Assembly (NCBI GenBank): GCA_037446495.1
Contig: JBBIIL010000003.1
Span: 10,757 to 74,756 of the forward strand
Source of the DNA: Chloroflexota bacterium
GTDB lineage: Bacteria; Chloroflexota; Limnocylindria; Limnocylindrales; CSP1-4
Reading direction: 5' to 3'
Length of the DNA: 64,000 nt
Shown: positions 9,844-18,787 of the stretch, in pieces
How the letters are laid out: every line of letters starts with the position of its first letter
Numbering within the stretch: the stretch's first letter is position 1
Program-made: the position numbers and the translations under genes
The notes under the pieces: model-generated
The model's database searches: none
The model's input: the letters and a program-made list of their open reading frames with translations, nothing else
What the model was told of the DNA's origin: nothing

Positions 9844-10860
9844 TCAGGCGCTGAGGCGACCGTTGGACGGCTCCCGCATGGGCACCACGGGGGCGGCCAC
9901 CCGCACCAGCAGCGCGTCCAGGATGTGGTCGGCGGTCACGTTGTCCGCGAGCGCCTCGAACGAGAGCACCAGTCGGTGGCGCATGACGTCGAGCGCCATG
10001 TCCGTGACGTCTTGCGGAAGGACGAAGTCGCGGCCGCGGATGTAGGCGAGCGCCTTGGCCGTGAGGACCATGTTGATGGAGGCGCGGGGGCTGGCGCCGT
10101 AGGTGATGTACTTCTGCGCCTCGGGCAGGCCCGCCTTCTGCGGCGCTCGCGTGGCCTCGGCGAGGCGCACCGCGTATTCCATGACCGCCGGGTCCACGTA
10201 GATCTGGTCCACCTCGCGCTGGAGTCCGGCGAGCTGGCCCGCGCCCAGCACCACGGCCACGGGCTCCTGCGGTCCCGTCTGGCGCTCGACGATCACGAAC
10301 TCCTCGGTTCGGGTCGGGTAGCCCACAAGGACCTTGAGCATGAACCGGTCCACCTGCGCCTCGGGCAGCGCGTAGGTGCCCTCGGTCTCGATCGGGTTCT
10401 GCGTGGCGAGGACCAGGAACGGATCGGGAACCCTGTGCGTGTCGTGGCCGATGGTCACCTGGCGCTCCTGCATCACCTCGAGGAGCGCGCTCTGGACCTT
10501 GGCCGGCGCTCGGTTGATCTCGTCGGCGAGCAGCAGGTTGGTGAACACCGGGCCCAGCGACGTGGCGAAGTCGCCGGTCTTCTGGTTGTAGATGCGCGTG
10601 CCCACGAGATCCGCCGGCACGAGGTCCGGGGTGAACTGGATCCGCTTGAAGTCCCCGCCGATCGACGAGGCGAGCGTCTTGATCGCCATCGTCTTGGCGA
10701 GCCCGGGCACACCCTCCACGAGCAGGTGGCCGCGGGCGAGCAGCGCCACGATCATCCGCTCGAGCAGGTGGTCCTGCCCCACGATGACCTTCTTGACCTC
10801 GTAGAGCACGCGCTCCATGGGGGTCGTGCCCACGCCCGGCGCCTGGCCAACAGGGTTCAC
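9844..10860 (-). CDS. MoxR-family AAA+ ATPase
   Basis: VIVGQDHLLERMIVALLARGHLLVEGVPGLAKTMAIKTLA...LLADEINRAPAKVQSALLEVMQERQVTIG: Walker A/B and the MoxR signature. Confidence 0.9.
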   Translation of the reverse strand: MNPVGQAPGVGTTPMERVLYEVKKVIVGQDHLLERMIVALLARGHLLVEGVPGLAKTMAIKTLASSIGGDFKRIQFTPDLVPADLVGTRIYNQKTGDFATSLGPVFTNLLLADEINRAPAKVQSALLEVMQERQVTIGHDTHRVPDPFLVLATQNPIETEGTYALPEAQVDRFMLKVLVGYPTRTEEFVIVERQTGPQEPVAVVLGAGQLAGLQREVDQIYVDPAVMEYAVRLAEATRAPQKAGLPEAQKYITYGASPRASINMVLTAKALAYIRGRDFVLPQDVTDMALDVMRHRLVLSFEALADNVTADHILDALLVRVAAPVVPMREPSNGRLSA

Positions 10861-10872
10861 GTCCGGCCCTCC

Positions 10873-11832
10873 TCAGTACTGGGGCAGGCCGGCCGCGCCG
10901 CCCGCCACATCGATGGGCACCGCGAGGCCCACGCCCACGAACACGTCCTGGCTGGTCGGGTTCACGAGGGCGTCCACGACGCCCACCACCTGTCCATCGC
11001 GGTTGACCAGCGGCCCGCCCGAGTTGCCCGGGTTGACCGCCGCGTCGATCTGGATGAGCCCGGTCAGCTTGGTGCCGCCGGCCTCCGTGAATGAGCGCCC
11101 GAGCGCCGACACGACGCCGGAGCTCATCGAATCCGCAAGCCCGAAGGGGCTGCCGACGGCGAACACGTCGCTGCCGACGCGGAGCGCCCCGGGATTGCCA
11201 AGGGTGGCGGGCTGAACCGCGGACGGGATGGTCGCCGCCTGGAGGACCGCGAGGTCGAGCTCCGGATGCGTCTGGCTGACCACGGCCTGCGCCGTGGTCC
11301 CGTCGATGAACGTGACCGAGATGCTCGTCGCGCCGTCCACGACATGGAGCGCCGTCATGATGTCGCCCCGGTCGTCCACGACGACGCCGCTGCCCAGCGA
11401 GGTGCCGTGGCCGGCGCTCGGTGCCGGGCTGCTCGACGGCGACCCCGGTGTCGCGGAGCCCGAGGCAGTGGGCAGCCGTGTCGCCTGGACGACCACCACC
11501 GACGGCGCCACCCGTGTCCACGCGGTCTCTGAGAACGCCGGCGGGGGCGTGACCGACGCGAGCGCCGACGCGATGGCGGTGTTGACCTGTGCCTGGCTGA
11601 GGGGCTTGGCGGGCGGGAACGCCGCCGACCAGACCGCCACGGCGACGAGGGCGGCAACGACCCCGCCCGCGAACGGCGCGAGGCGGACACCACGACCCCG
11701 CCAACGTCGGCGGGCGCCGGCCTGGGGAGCGGCCGCTGTATCAGAGCGGGGCGACGCGTCCAGCGGTTCGGTCTCCGTGTCCACGCGGCGTGGTCCGCAT
11801 CGTGGTCCCCGGCCCGGGGAGTGGATGAGCAT
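10873..11832 (-). CDS. trypsin-like serine protease (S1C/HtrA-like catalytic domain, no PDZ), membrane-anchored
   Basis: Catalytic triad contexts TALHVVDGA (His), HPELDLAVLQ (Asp) and NPGNSGGPLVNRDGQVVGV (Ser), with a TM anchor APFAGGVVAALVAVAVW. The true start is probably downstream of the maximal ORF start. Confidence 0.7.
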   Translation of the reverse strand: MLIHSPGRGPRCGPRRVDTETEPLDASPRSDTAAAPQAGARRRWRGRGVRLAPFAGGVVAALVAVAVWSAAFPPAKPLSQAQVNTAIASALASVTPPPAFSETAWTRVAPSVVVVQATRLPTASGSATPGSPSSSPAPSAGHGTSLGSGVVVDDRGDIMTALHVVDGATSISVTFIDGTTAQAVVSQTHPELDLAVLQAATIPSAVQPATLGNPGALRVGSDVFAVGSPFGLADSMSSGVVSALGRSFTEAGGTKLTGLIQIDAAVNPGNSGGPLVNRDGQVVGVVDALVNPTSQDVFVGVGLAVPIDVAGGAAGLPQY

Positions 11833-11897
11833 GCGCGCTCTTTCTGAGGGATCCGTGAGGCCCGAGCCGTGGCCGGACCACCACCGACCACCCTAGA

Positions 11898-13334
11898 ATG
11901 CCGCTCATGCCCGTCCGCCCTCGCCGCCGCACCCTCCTCGGCCTCCTCCTCTCGGTCCTGGTCGCCGCCTGCGGCGGCTCCTCGGGCGCGACCGCGACCA
12001 GCCCGGTCGCCAGCGCCGCGCCCACGGCGTCGGGCCCTGCGTCGGCGCCGCCCACGGGAAGCCCCGCGGCGACGCCCGTCGGGTCCGCCATGCTCGGCCC
12101 CACTGGCGGCGGTCTCACGCTGGTCGAGCCGCTCCCCGCGCTGTCCGCGGGGGATGGCTCGGTGGACCTCACACCGGCAGGCTCGCTGGTGATGCTGCAG
12201 TCCGGCGTGGACCTCAAGCTCCACTCGCTCGACTGTGCCACCAACTGCGGCGATCCGGCGACCTGGAGCGCCACAACGCTGGAGCCCGGAGTCTCGTGGG
12301 CGCATCCGCTGATCCGCGCCCGCGACGACGGATCGCTGGTGGCGGTGGTGGACGACTCCACGGCCGGGCAGAGCGGCGACGTCCTGGGAGTGTGCACCGC
12401 CGACTGCGCCGCCGCCGGCTCCTGGACGTGGTCGAAGATCCCGCTCCCCCCCGACGCTACAACGATGCGTGCGGCAAGCCGCTACTTCGCGGTCAGCGGC
12501 GACGCGATGATCCTCGGCTTGGGCTCGGGATCGCCCATGGGTGCCCTCGTCTGCGGCGGCCTGTGCGAGTCCGCGGCCAGCTGGACCCGCGTCAAGTTCA
12601 GCGATGCCGCCTGCAGCGCTCCGAGCGTTGCCGCCAGCCCGTCGGGCGCGATGGCATTCGCCTGTGTCACCGCGAATCCCAACATGACCCCGACCGAGAG
12701 CAGCGAGGTGTGGTCATGTCCGGGCGCGTGCACCAGCCAGGCAAACTGGGGCGGCGTGACCGGCCTCGCCGCCGGCGACGGCCTGGCGGTGGACGTGACC
12801 GTCGGTCCCCAGGGCATGGTCAACGCGGCCGTCAACCTGGGCAACCGGGCCGATGCTGCCAACGCGAACCGGCTCGGCTGGTTCCAATGCCTGGGCGGCT
12901 GCGGCGAGCCCGCCAGCTGGCACGGGATCGTGGTGGGCAGCGAGGTCCTGTACGCCCGGCGCGTCGCCGCCGTGACCGACCAGCAGGGCCGCTCAGTCAT
13001 CGCCTATGACGGCACCAGCTCCGCGGGCAGCGGGCTCCTGTCTGCCGCCTGCGTCGCGAACTGCCTCAAGCCCGGCTCGTGGTCCGTCGCGCTCCTCGAC
13101 GACGCGAAGCGGGTGGCCGCGCAGATCCCGGTGCCTGCACCACAGGGCTGCGAGTCGGCGGTCTGGGTGCCGGACAACGTGACCGACATCGCGATGCGCG
13201 GAGACTGGGGGGCCGTGACGTCGGGCTACAGCGCCATCGGCGCTGGCGGGACGTGCCCCGCCAGCCCGTTCCCTCCGTCCAGCGCCTTGCAGCCCATCCG
13301 GAGCGTGGTCAGCGTCGCCATCCTCGGGCCGTAG
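11898..13334 (+). CDS. secreted lipoprotein with six periodic Cys-x3-Cys-x5-Trp repeats (possible disulfide-stapled beta-propeller)
   Basis: Lipobox LSVLVAACGG. The motifs CATNCGDPATW, CTADCAAAGSW, CGGLCESAASW, CPGACTSQANW, CLGGCGEPASW and CVANCLKPGSW recur about every 55 aa. Confidence 0.6.
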   Translation: MPLMPVRPRRRTLLGLLLSVLVAACGGSSGATATSPVASAAPTASGPASAPPTGSPAATPVGSAMLGPTGGGLTLVEPLPALSAGDGSVDLTPAGSLVMLQSGVDLKLHSLDCATNCGDPATWSATTLEPGVSWAHPLIRARDDGSLVAVVDDSTAGQSGDVLGVCTADCAAAGSWTWSKIPLPPDATTMRAASRYFAVSGDAMILGLGSGSPMGALVCGGLCESAASWTRVKFSDAACSAPSVAASPSGAMAFACVTANPNMTPTESSEVWSCPGACTSQANWGGVTGLAAGDGLAVDVTVGPQGMVNAAVNLGNRADAANANRLGWFQCLGGCGEPASWHGIVVGSEVLYARRVAAVTDQQGRSVIAYDGTSSAGSGLLSAACVANCLKPGSWSVALLDDAKRVAAQIPVPAPQGCESAVWVPDNVTDIAMRGDWGAVTSGYSAIGAGGTCPASPFPPSSALQPIRSVVSVAILGP

Positions 13335-13361
13335 CACGGGTCGGGCGCGGCCCGCTCCCCC

Positions 13362-13989
13362 TCAGCTGTGCACCGGCGTGCCGGCCGGGCCGCCGAAGCG
13401 GTCCGTGCGGAATGCGTAGACCCGAGCCGAATGGTCCCGCCACGCGCCCCGCGGCAGCCCCGCCTTGCGGGCGGCCGTGTCCAGCATGGCAACGCGATCG
13501 AGGCCGTTCTCATCGGCCACCTCGGGCAGCAGCAGGCCGCGCCGACCGCCCAGCTCCACGACGATCCCGTCCGTGCCGAGCCGCCACGCGAGGGGGTCCG
13601 CCAGCGCGACCATGGGGCCAAGCACTGAGACCTCGAGGTGGAGCCCGGGCAGCTCGTCGGGGGCCACCGGCCGGAACCGGGGATCGGTCCTGGTGGCGCA
13701 GGCAGCCGCCTCGGCCACCGAGTCGTGGACGGGCCGCGTGGGGTCCAGGATCCCCATGCAGCCGCGCAGGTCGCCGTCGCGGGTGAGGGTCACGAACGCC
13801 GACGCGTGCAGGTCCGTCGCCGACGCCTCGTGCATTGCGGCGTCGAGCGCCGCCGACGGCATGGACCGACTGGCCACCGCAACCGCAGTCCGGGCCAGCG
13901 CGAGCAGCTGCGCTCGCGCCGTCTCGTCCACCGCCACGGGTCCCGGCAGCCCTGTCGCGTCGTCCACGCCCGGATGGTCCGTCGTCATC
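13362..13989 (-). CDS. AMMECR1-domain protein (AmmeMemoRadiSam system protein A)
   Basis: MTTDHPG...AFVTLTRDGDLRGCMGILDPTRPVHDSVAEAAACATRTDPRF...LHLEVSVLGP matches the AMMECR1 fold. It lies divergent from the radical SAM and Memo genes. The N-terminal part of the maximal ORF is non-coding-like. Confidence 0.8.
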
Positions 13990-14124
13990 GCCCGCCTCCT
14001 CATCCTGGCGCATCGTGCGCCCGGACGCGGCCGCTGCGCAGGGCGGGATGGCCCGAAACCGGCCGGGCGGCCCTTCCGGCGCGACCGCCGCCGCGCGAGA
14101 CTTGGCGCGGAGGTCCCCCGGTCC

Positions 14125-15189
14125 GTGCCCAACCCGCTCGCCCGTCCTGCGCCCATCGGCCCCGTGCCCGGGCTGCTGGCCGTGCCCCTCGCGGACGGCG
14201 CCGTGCGGTGCAACGTGTGCGCCCACCGCTGCCTCGTCCGCCCGGGCCGCACCGGGATCTGCGGCGTCCGCGAGAACCGCGACGGCACGCTCCTCGCCAC
14301 GGCGTACGGCAACGTGGTCGCTGAGGCGCTCGACCCGATCGAGAAGAAGCCGCTGTTCCATGTCGCGCCCGGGTCCACGGCGTGGTCCATCGCGACGCCC
14401 GGGTGCCCCTTCCACTGCACGTTCTGCCAGAACTGGGAGATCGCGCAGGGACCGCGGCTGGGGCTGGAGGTGCCCACCCGGCTGCTCTCGCCAGACGACG
14501 TCGTCGGCGCGGCGCTGGCGCGTGGCGCTGACGCCATCGCGTACACCTACGTCGAGCCCACGGTGTTCCTCGAGTTCGCGCTGGACACGGGGCGGCTCGC
14601 CCGATCGGCCGGGCTGCGCAACCTCTGGATTACCGACGGGTACGCGACTCCCGAGGCCGTGGACCTGCTCGCCACCTTCGTGGACGCCGCCAACGTCGAC
14701 CTCAAGAGCTTCGACGAGCAGTTCTATCACCGGCTCTGCGGAGCGCGGCTCGCGCCGGTCCTCGAGGCGATCCTCGCCCTGCGGTCAGCCGGGATCTGGC
14801 TCGAGATCACCACGCTGGTCATCCCGGGGCGCAACGACGGTGACGCGGAGCTGGGGGCCATCGCCGGCTGGATCGCAGAGCGCCTGGGCGCCGAGACGCC
14901 GTGGCACATCAGCCGCTTCCACCCCGACTTCCGGCTGCGGGACGTGCCGCCGACGCCCCTCACGACGCTGGCCCGGGCGGCCGCCATCGGACGTGCCGCC
15001 GGCCTGGCGCACGTCTACGTGGGGAACGCCCCGGAGCTGGACAGCGAGGACACGACGTGCGCGGGATGCGGTGAGACGCTGGTCGAGCGCCGCGGGTACC
15101 GCTCGCGGTCGCTCCTCTCCCCCGCCGGGACCTGTCCCGCCTGCGGCCGGCCGATGGCGGGGATCGGTCTCGCCGGAGGCGCCTCGTGA
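14125..15189 (+). CDS. AmmeMemoRadiSam system radical SAM enzyme
   Basis: CNVCAHRC near the N-terminus and the radical SAM cluster motif ATPGCPFHCTFCQNWEIAQ. A GTG start at 14125 is inferred. The stop overlaps the Memo start (GTGA). Confidence 0.8.
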   Translation: MPNPLARPAPIGPVPGLLAVPLADGAVRCNVCAHRCLVRPGRTGICGVRENRDGTLLATAYGNVVAEALDPIEKKPLFHVAPGSTAWSIATPGCPFHCTFCQNWEIAQGPRLGLEVPTRLLSPDDVVGAALARGADAIAYTYVEPTVFLEFALDTGRLARSAGLRNLWITDGYATPEAVDLLATFVDAANVDLKSFDEQFYHRLCGARLAPVLEAILALRSAGIWLEITTLVIPGRNDGDAELGAIAGWIAERLGAETPWHISRFHPDFRLRDVPPTPLTTLARAAAIGRAAGLAHVYVGNAPELDSEDTTCAGCGETLVERRGYRSRSLLSPAGTCPACGRPMAGIGLAGGAS

Positions 15190-16061
15190 GGGAGCCGGGC
15201 ACGGCCTTGCGCCTGCCTGCCGTCGCGGGGGCGTTCTACCCGGCGGGCGAGACCGCGCTTCGTGCCCTCGTGGCAGCGTGCCTCGCCGAGGCGGGGGCGC
15301 CGCCGCCGGGCGGACTCGCGTCTGGCGTCCTGGTGCCGCACGCAGGACTCGTCTACTCCGGCACCGTGGCGGCGGCCGGTTGGGCCACCATGCTCCTCGA
15401 TGCCGCGAGCGCCCCGACGATCGTCGTGCTGGGCACGAACCACAGCGCCCGGTTCGACGGGGTGGCGGTCTTCGAGGCGGGCCTCTGGCGGACGCCGCTG
15501 GGCGACGTGTCCGTGGACGCCGACCTGGCCGCGCGCATCCTCGCGCTCGACGCGCCCTTCGGCGGCGGTCGCCTGGCTCACCGCGACGAGCACTCGATCG
15601 AGGTGCAGCTGCCGCTGCTCCAGGTGCTCCGGCCGGAGGCGCGGATCGTCCCGTGCTCGGTGGCCGCGGGGACCGGTCGTGCGGCGGTCGGGGCCGGCGC
15701 ACGCCTCGGCGGGCTGCTGGCGGGCCTGCGCGCCGCCGGCGAGGACGTGCTGCTCGCGATCAGCACCGACATGGCGCACTACCCGCCCCACGACGAGGCC
15801 GTGCGCGTCACCCAGCGACTGGTGCCGGCGATCACCGCGGTCGACGGGGTCGGGCTTGCCGTCCGGGAGCGGGTGGAGACGCAGTCGGGCGCGCGCGGCA
15901 TGGCCTGCGGCATGTGCGGGATCCAGCCTGCGGTACTCGGGCTGGCGGCCCTCCGCGCCATGGGAGCGACCGGCGGCACGGTTGTGGCATCCGCGACATC
16001 AGCGGACGCGGGCTCTGCGCCGGACCGGACCGTCGGCTACCTGGCAGTCGTGTTCAACTGA
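15186..16061 (+). CDS. Memo-like protein (AmmeMemoRadiSam system protein B)
   Basis: AGAFYPAGETALRALV...GVLVPHAGLVYSGTVAAAGW...DEHSIEVQLPLLQ are the Memo/MEMO1 family motifs. Confidence 0.8.
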   Translation: MREPGTALRLPAVAGAFYPAGETALRALVAACLAEAGAPPPGGLASGVLVPHAGLVYSGTVAAAGWATMLLDAASAPTIVVLGTNHSARFDGVAVFEAGLWRTPLGDVSVDADLAARILALDAPFGGGRLAHRDEHSIEVQLPLLQVLRPEARIVPCSVAAGTGRAAVGAGARLGGLLAGLRAAGEDVLLAISTDMAHYPPHDEAVRVTQRLVPAITAVDGVGLAVRERVETQSGARGMACGMCGIQPAVLGLAALRAMGATGGTVVASATSADAGSAPDRTVGYLAVVFN

Positions 16062-16138
16062 GGGCGGGCAGGCGATCCAGCTGTGACAGGTCCAGTGCCA
16101 CTGGAACCCCCACCAGACGCGTTACCCCGACGCTTGCC

Positions 16139-17494
16139 TCAGGAGGCGGCCACATTGCCGGCCACGAACCGGGTCATCAGGTCCGTGTAGGCCGGCATGC
16201 CACGCTCGTAGCCGATCGCCCAGAAGCCGCCGCCCGCGAGGCCCCGAGCCTCGGCGAGGCCGAGCTTGATCGCGAGCGTGTCGGGCGAGTCCACGTACAC
16301 GGCCGTCCAGGTCACGGTGGACGGCAGGAGGGGGCGCAGCGCTCCCACCGAGGGCGACGGCCCGGCCGACGGCGACGCGTCGGCTGACGATGGTGCCGGC
16401 CCGGCCGGCGACGACGCGTCGGCTGACGGCGCCGCGTCCGGGGGCACCGCGCCCGACGGCGCCGCCATGCTCCCGTCCGACCCCAGGAAGTACACGTCCA
16501 CAACCTCGAGCGGATCCGTCTGGGGCACGGCAGCCGGGTTGGTCAGGACGTCCAGGTGGCGGCGCAGGATCCAGACGCCACCCGGGGCCGTGGCCGGCGC
16601 CCCGATCACGGGACCCGCCACCGGCCATGCAACGCCGTAGAGGGGCAGTCCGAGCAGCAGCTTCTGGGGCGGCACGCCCGCGGCGGCGTACAGGTCCAGC
16701 GACCACGTCAGCGAGCGCCCCTCGTCCGCGCGGGCCACGGGGGCGCTGGCGCCGGGCGACGAGGTGGGCGTCCGGTAGTCGTAGCCCATCAGGAATACGC
16801 GGTCAACCCCCGCGGCCACGGCTGCCGAGGCCATCGCCACCCCAGTCGGCCCGGCGCCCGTCGCCACCGAGACCGTGTGGCCAGGGTCGGCCGCCACGAT
16901 CGCGCTGCGCAGCTGGCCCACGAACCCGCCGAATTGCGGGGCCAGATTCACGTCGAGCCCCTCCACGTCCAAGTTGACGCCATCGATTCCCAGCGTCGCC
17001 ACGAGCGCCACGAGCGACTTGACCGTGGCGCTCTCGAGGGCTGCGTTTGCGAAGAACGTGCGGTTCCGCGGCCCTCCGAAGCTGGTGAACACGATCTCGA
17101 CCCGCGTCCCACGGCCATGGGCGGCTGCGATCATCGCCGCCCCCACCTGACCGGCAATCAGCTTGTAGCCGTTCTGGCCCGCGTCGATCGCACCCCTCGG
17201 GGTGTTCGTCACTGAGAACAGCCCGACGGTGGTCAGGGGCGTGGTCGCGAGGTGGTCCGCGATGGTGGCGTCCATCTCCCAGTACGGGACGAAGCCATAC
17301 AGCTCGTGGCCCGGCGCCGGGATGGCCGAGACGGACGGTGCCACCGCGCCCGAGCCTGACGGCAGGACGCCGCTTGCGTCGGCTGAGATGGGGCTCGGCG
17401 GCGGCGTGATGTTCGATGGGGAGCCGCACGAGGCCAGCAGCACGACCACCAGCACGGCCGCGACCGACCGCTCTCCAGCCGGCAGGTGCATCAT
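16139..17494 (-). CDS. glycoside hydrolase family 18-like lipoprotein
   Basis: Lipobox VVVLLASCGS. GH18 catalytic motif GIDGVNLDVEGL (DxxDxDxE). A Pro/Ala/Ser-rich segment contains an in-frame tandem repeat. Confidence 0.7.
   Translation of the reverse strand: MMHLPAGERSVAAVLVVVLLASCGSPSNITPPPSPISADASGVLPSGSGAVAPSVSAIPAPGHELYGFVPYWEMDATIADHLATTPLTTVGLFSVTNTPRGAIDAGQNGYKLIAGQVGAAMIAAAHGRGTRVEIVFTSFGGPRNRTFFANAALESATVKSLVALVATLGIDGVNLDVEGLDVNLAPQFGGFVGQLRSAIVAADPGHTVSVATGAGPTGVAMASAAVAAGVDRVFLMGYDYRTPTSSPGASAPVARADEGRSLTWSLDLYAAAGVPPQKLLLGLPLYGVAWPVAGPVIGAPATAPGGVWILRRHLDVLTNPAAVPQTDPLEVVDVYFLGSDGSMAAPSGAVPPDAAPSADASSPAGPAPSSADASPSAGPSPSVGALRPLLPSTVTWTAVYVDSPDTLAIKLGLAEARGLAGGGFWAIGYERGMPAYTDLMTRFVAGNVAAS
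16362..16433. repeat. in-frame 36-bp tandem duplication inside the GH18 gene (encodes PSADAS-type low-complexity linker)
   Basis: gacgcgtcggctgacgatggtgccggcccggccggc is followed by gacgacgcgtcggctgacggcgccgcgtccgggggc. Confidence 0.5.
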
Positions 17495-17618
17495 CCCCAG
17501 AGGTTGCCCGCCGTCGTCGCGCCGGTCAACCGCGCGCAGGGAGCCGGAGGGTTGAGAAATCTTCGCCCCATGACTCTTGTGCGCGAAACACGTCAAGACC
17601 AACGTGCCGAGTATCAAA

Positions 17619-17874
17619 GGAGGTGGTTCGGTTGGCGGCAGTCGAGCTCGTCCGAGACGGCTCGGTCCGGGGCGACGGGTCTGGCACGCTCGAGCGGCGC
17701 GCCTTGGCCCTCTGGCCCCGCCTGGACCGCGCCGCCCTCCGCCGCTGCCACAACAATGCGCACCGGATCGCTGCCCTGGTAGCCCGGCGGACCACGATGC
17801 CCCCCGAGGCGATCCTCAGTGTCCTGACCATGCCGCCCGTCGCGGACGAGGACGTCGACACCTGGTTCGGCTGA
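17619..17874 (+). CDS. hypothetical small protein (about 80 aa) with a strong RBS
   Basis: AAAGGAGG sits immediately upstream of GTG/TTG. Product: AAVELVRDGSVRGDGSGTLERRALALWPRLDRAALRRCHNNAHRIAALVARR.... No recognisable family. Confidence 0.25.
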
Positions 17875-17893
17875 GGCATCGGCTGCCCCTCGC

Positions 17894-18787
17894 TCAGGCG
17901 CGTGCGACCGCGACGAGTGCCCTGCCGATGACGGCGGCGAAGGCGAGGGCCGCGACGCCAACGATCCCGACGGCCGCCCACGCGGGCACCGCCACCGCCG
18001 GGACCGACCCGACGCCCCAGCGTGCCAGGCCGAGGGTCGCGCCGATGACCCCCGCACCCGCTCCGGCCCACGCCAGCGCCCGGTCCATCCTGCCGTAGGC
18101 AGTCGTCCGGTACGAGGTCCGCGCGATCCCCGCCCCGTAGCCGCGCGCCTCCATGGAGATGGCGAGGCGGCCAACGCGCTCGAACGCCGCCACGAACACC
18201 GGCAGCAGGGCCGGCAGCAGCGCGCGGATCCCCGTGGTCCGAAGTCCGCGCGCCCGCTGTGCGTCCAGCACGATCGCAAGCTCGCGCCCGAGCAGCGGCA
18301 CCAGGTCCATCGTGGTGGCGAGCACGAGCGCGACCGGGTGCGGCGCGTGGAGCCGCCGCAGGGCGCCGAAGAAGTCGGCCGGGCGCGTCGTCACGAGGAC
18401 CACCACGGCGACGGACGCCATCGCCAGCAGGCGCAGCACATACGCGATACCGCGCCCCAGCGCCTCGGCCGTGATGGTCAGCGGGCCGAGGGTCGCCAGC
18501 GGCGAGCACCCGCCCGGGCAGCTGGTCGGCGCCGCCACCTGCAGCACGACGATCGATGCCGCAAGCGGGCCCAGCACCCGCATCGCCCGCCACATCGGCC
18601 CGCCCACGCCGGCCCCGAGGGCGAGCGCCCACGCGGCGGAGAGCACGAGCGCCAGCGGCACGGGGTTCAGCGCAACCAGGCAGAACACGAGGGCGGCAAT
18701 CAGCCAGACGAGCTTGGGCACGGCGCTCAGCCGATGCAGGCGCGAGGCCCCCGGAACATAGGCGAACGGAGAGGTCGCCAGCGTCAC
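17894..18787 (-). CDS. ecfT: ECF transporter T component (EcfT/CbiQ family)
   Basis: FAYVPGASRLHRLSAVPKLVWLIAALVFCLV...RARGL are the EcfT motifs. The inferred GTG start overlaps the EcfA stop. Confidence 0.75.
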   Translation of the reverse strand: MTLATSPFAYVPGASRLHRLSAVPKLVWLIAALVFCLVALNPVPLALVLSAAWALALGAGVGGPMWRAMRVLGPLAASIVVLQVAAPTSCPGGCSPLATLGPLTITAEALGRGIAYVLRLLAMASVAVVVLVTTRPADFFGALRRLHAPHPVALVLATTMDLVPLLGRELAIVLDAQRARGLRTTGIRALLPALLPVFVAAFERVGRLAISMEARGYGAGIARTSYRTTAYGRMDRALAWAGAGAGVIGATLGLARWGVGSVPAVAVPAWAAVGIVGVAALAFAAVIGRALVAVARA

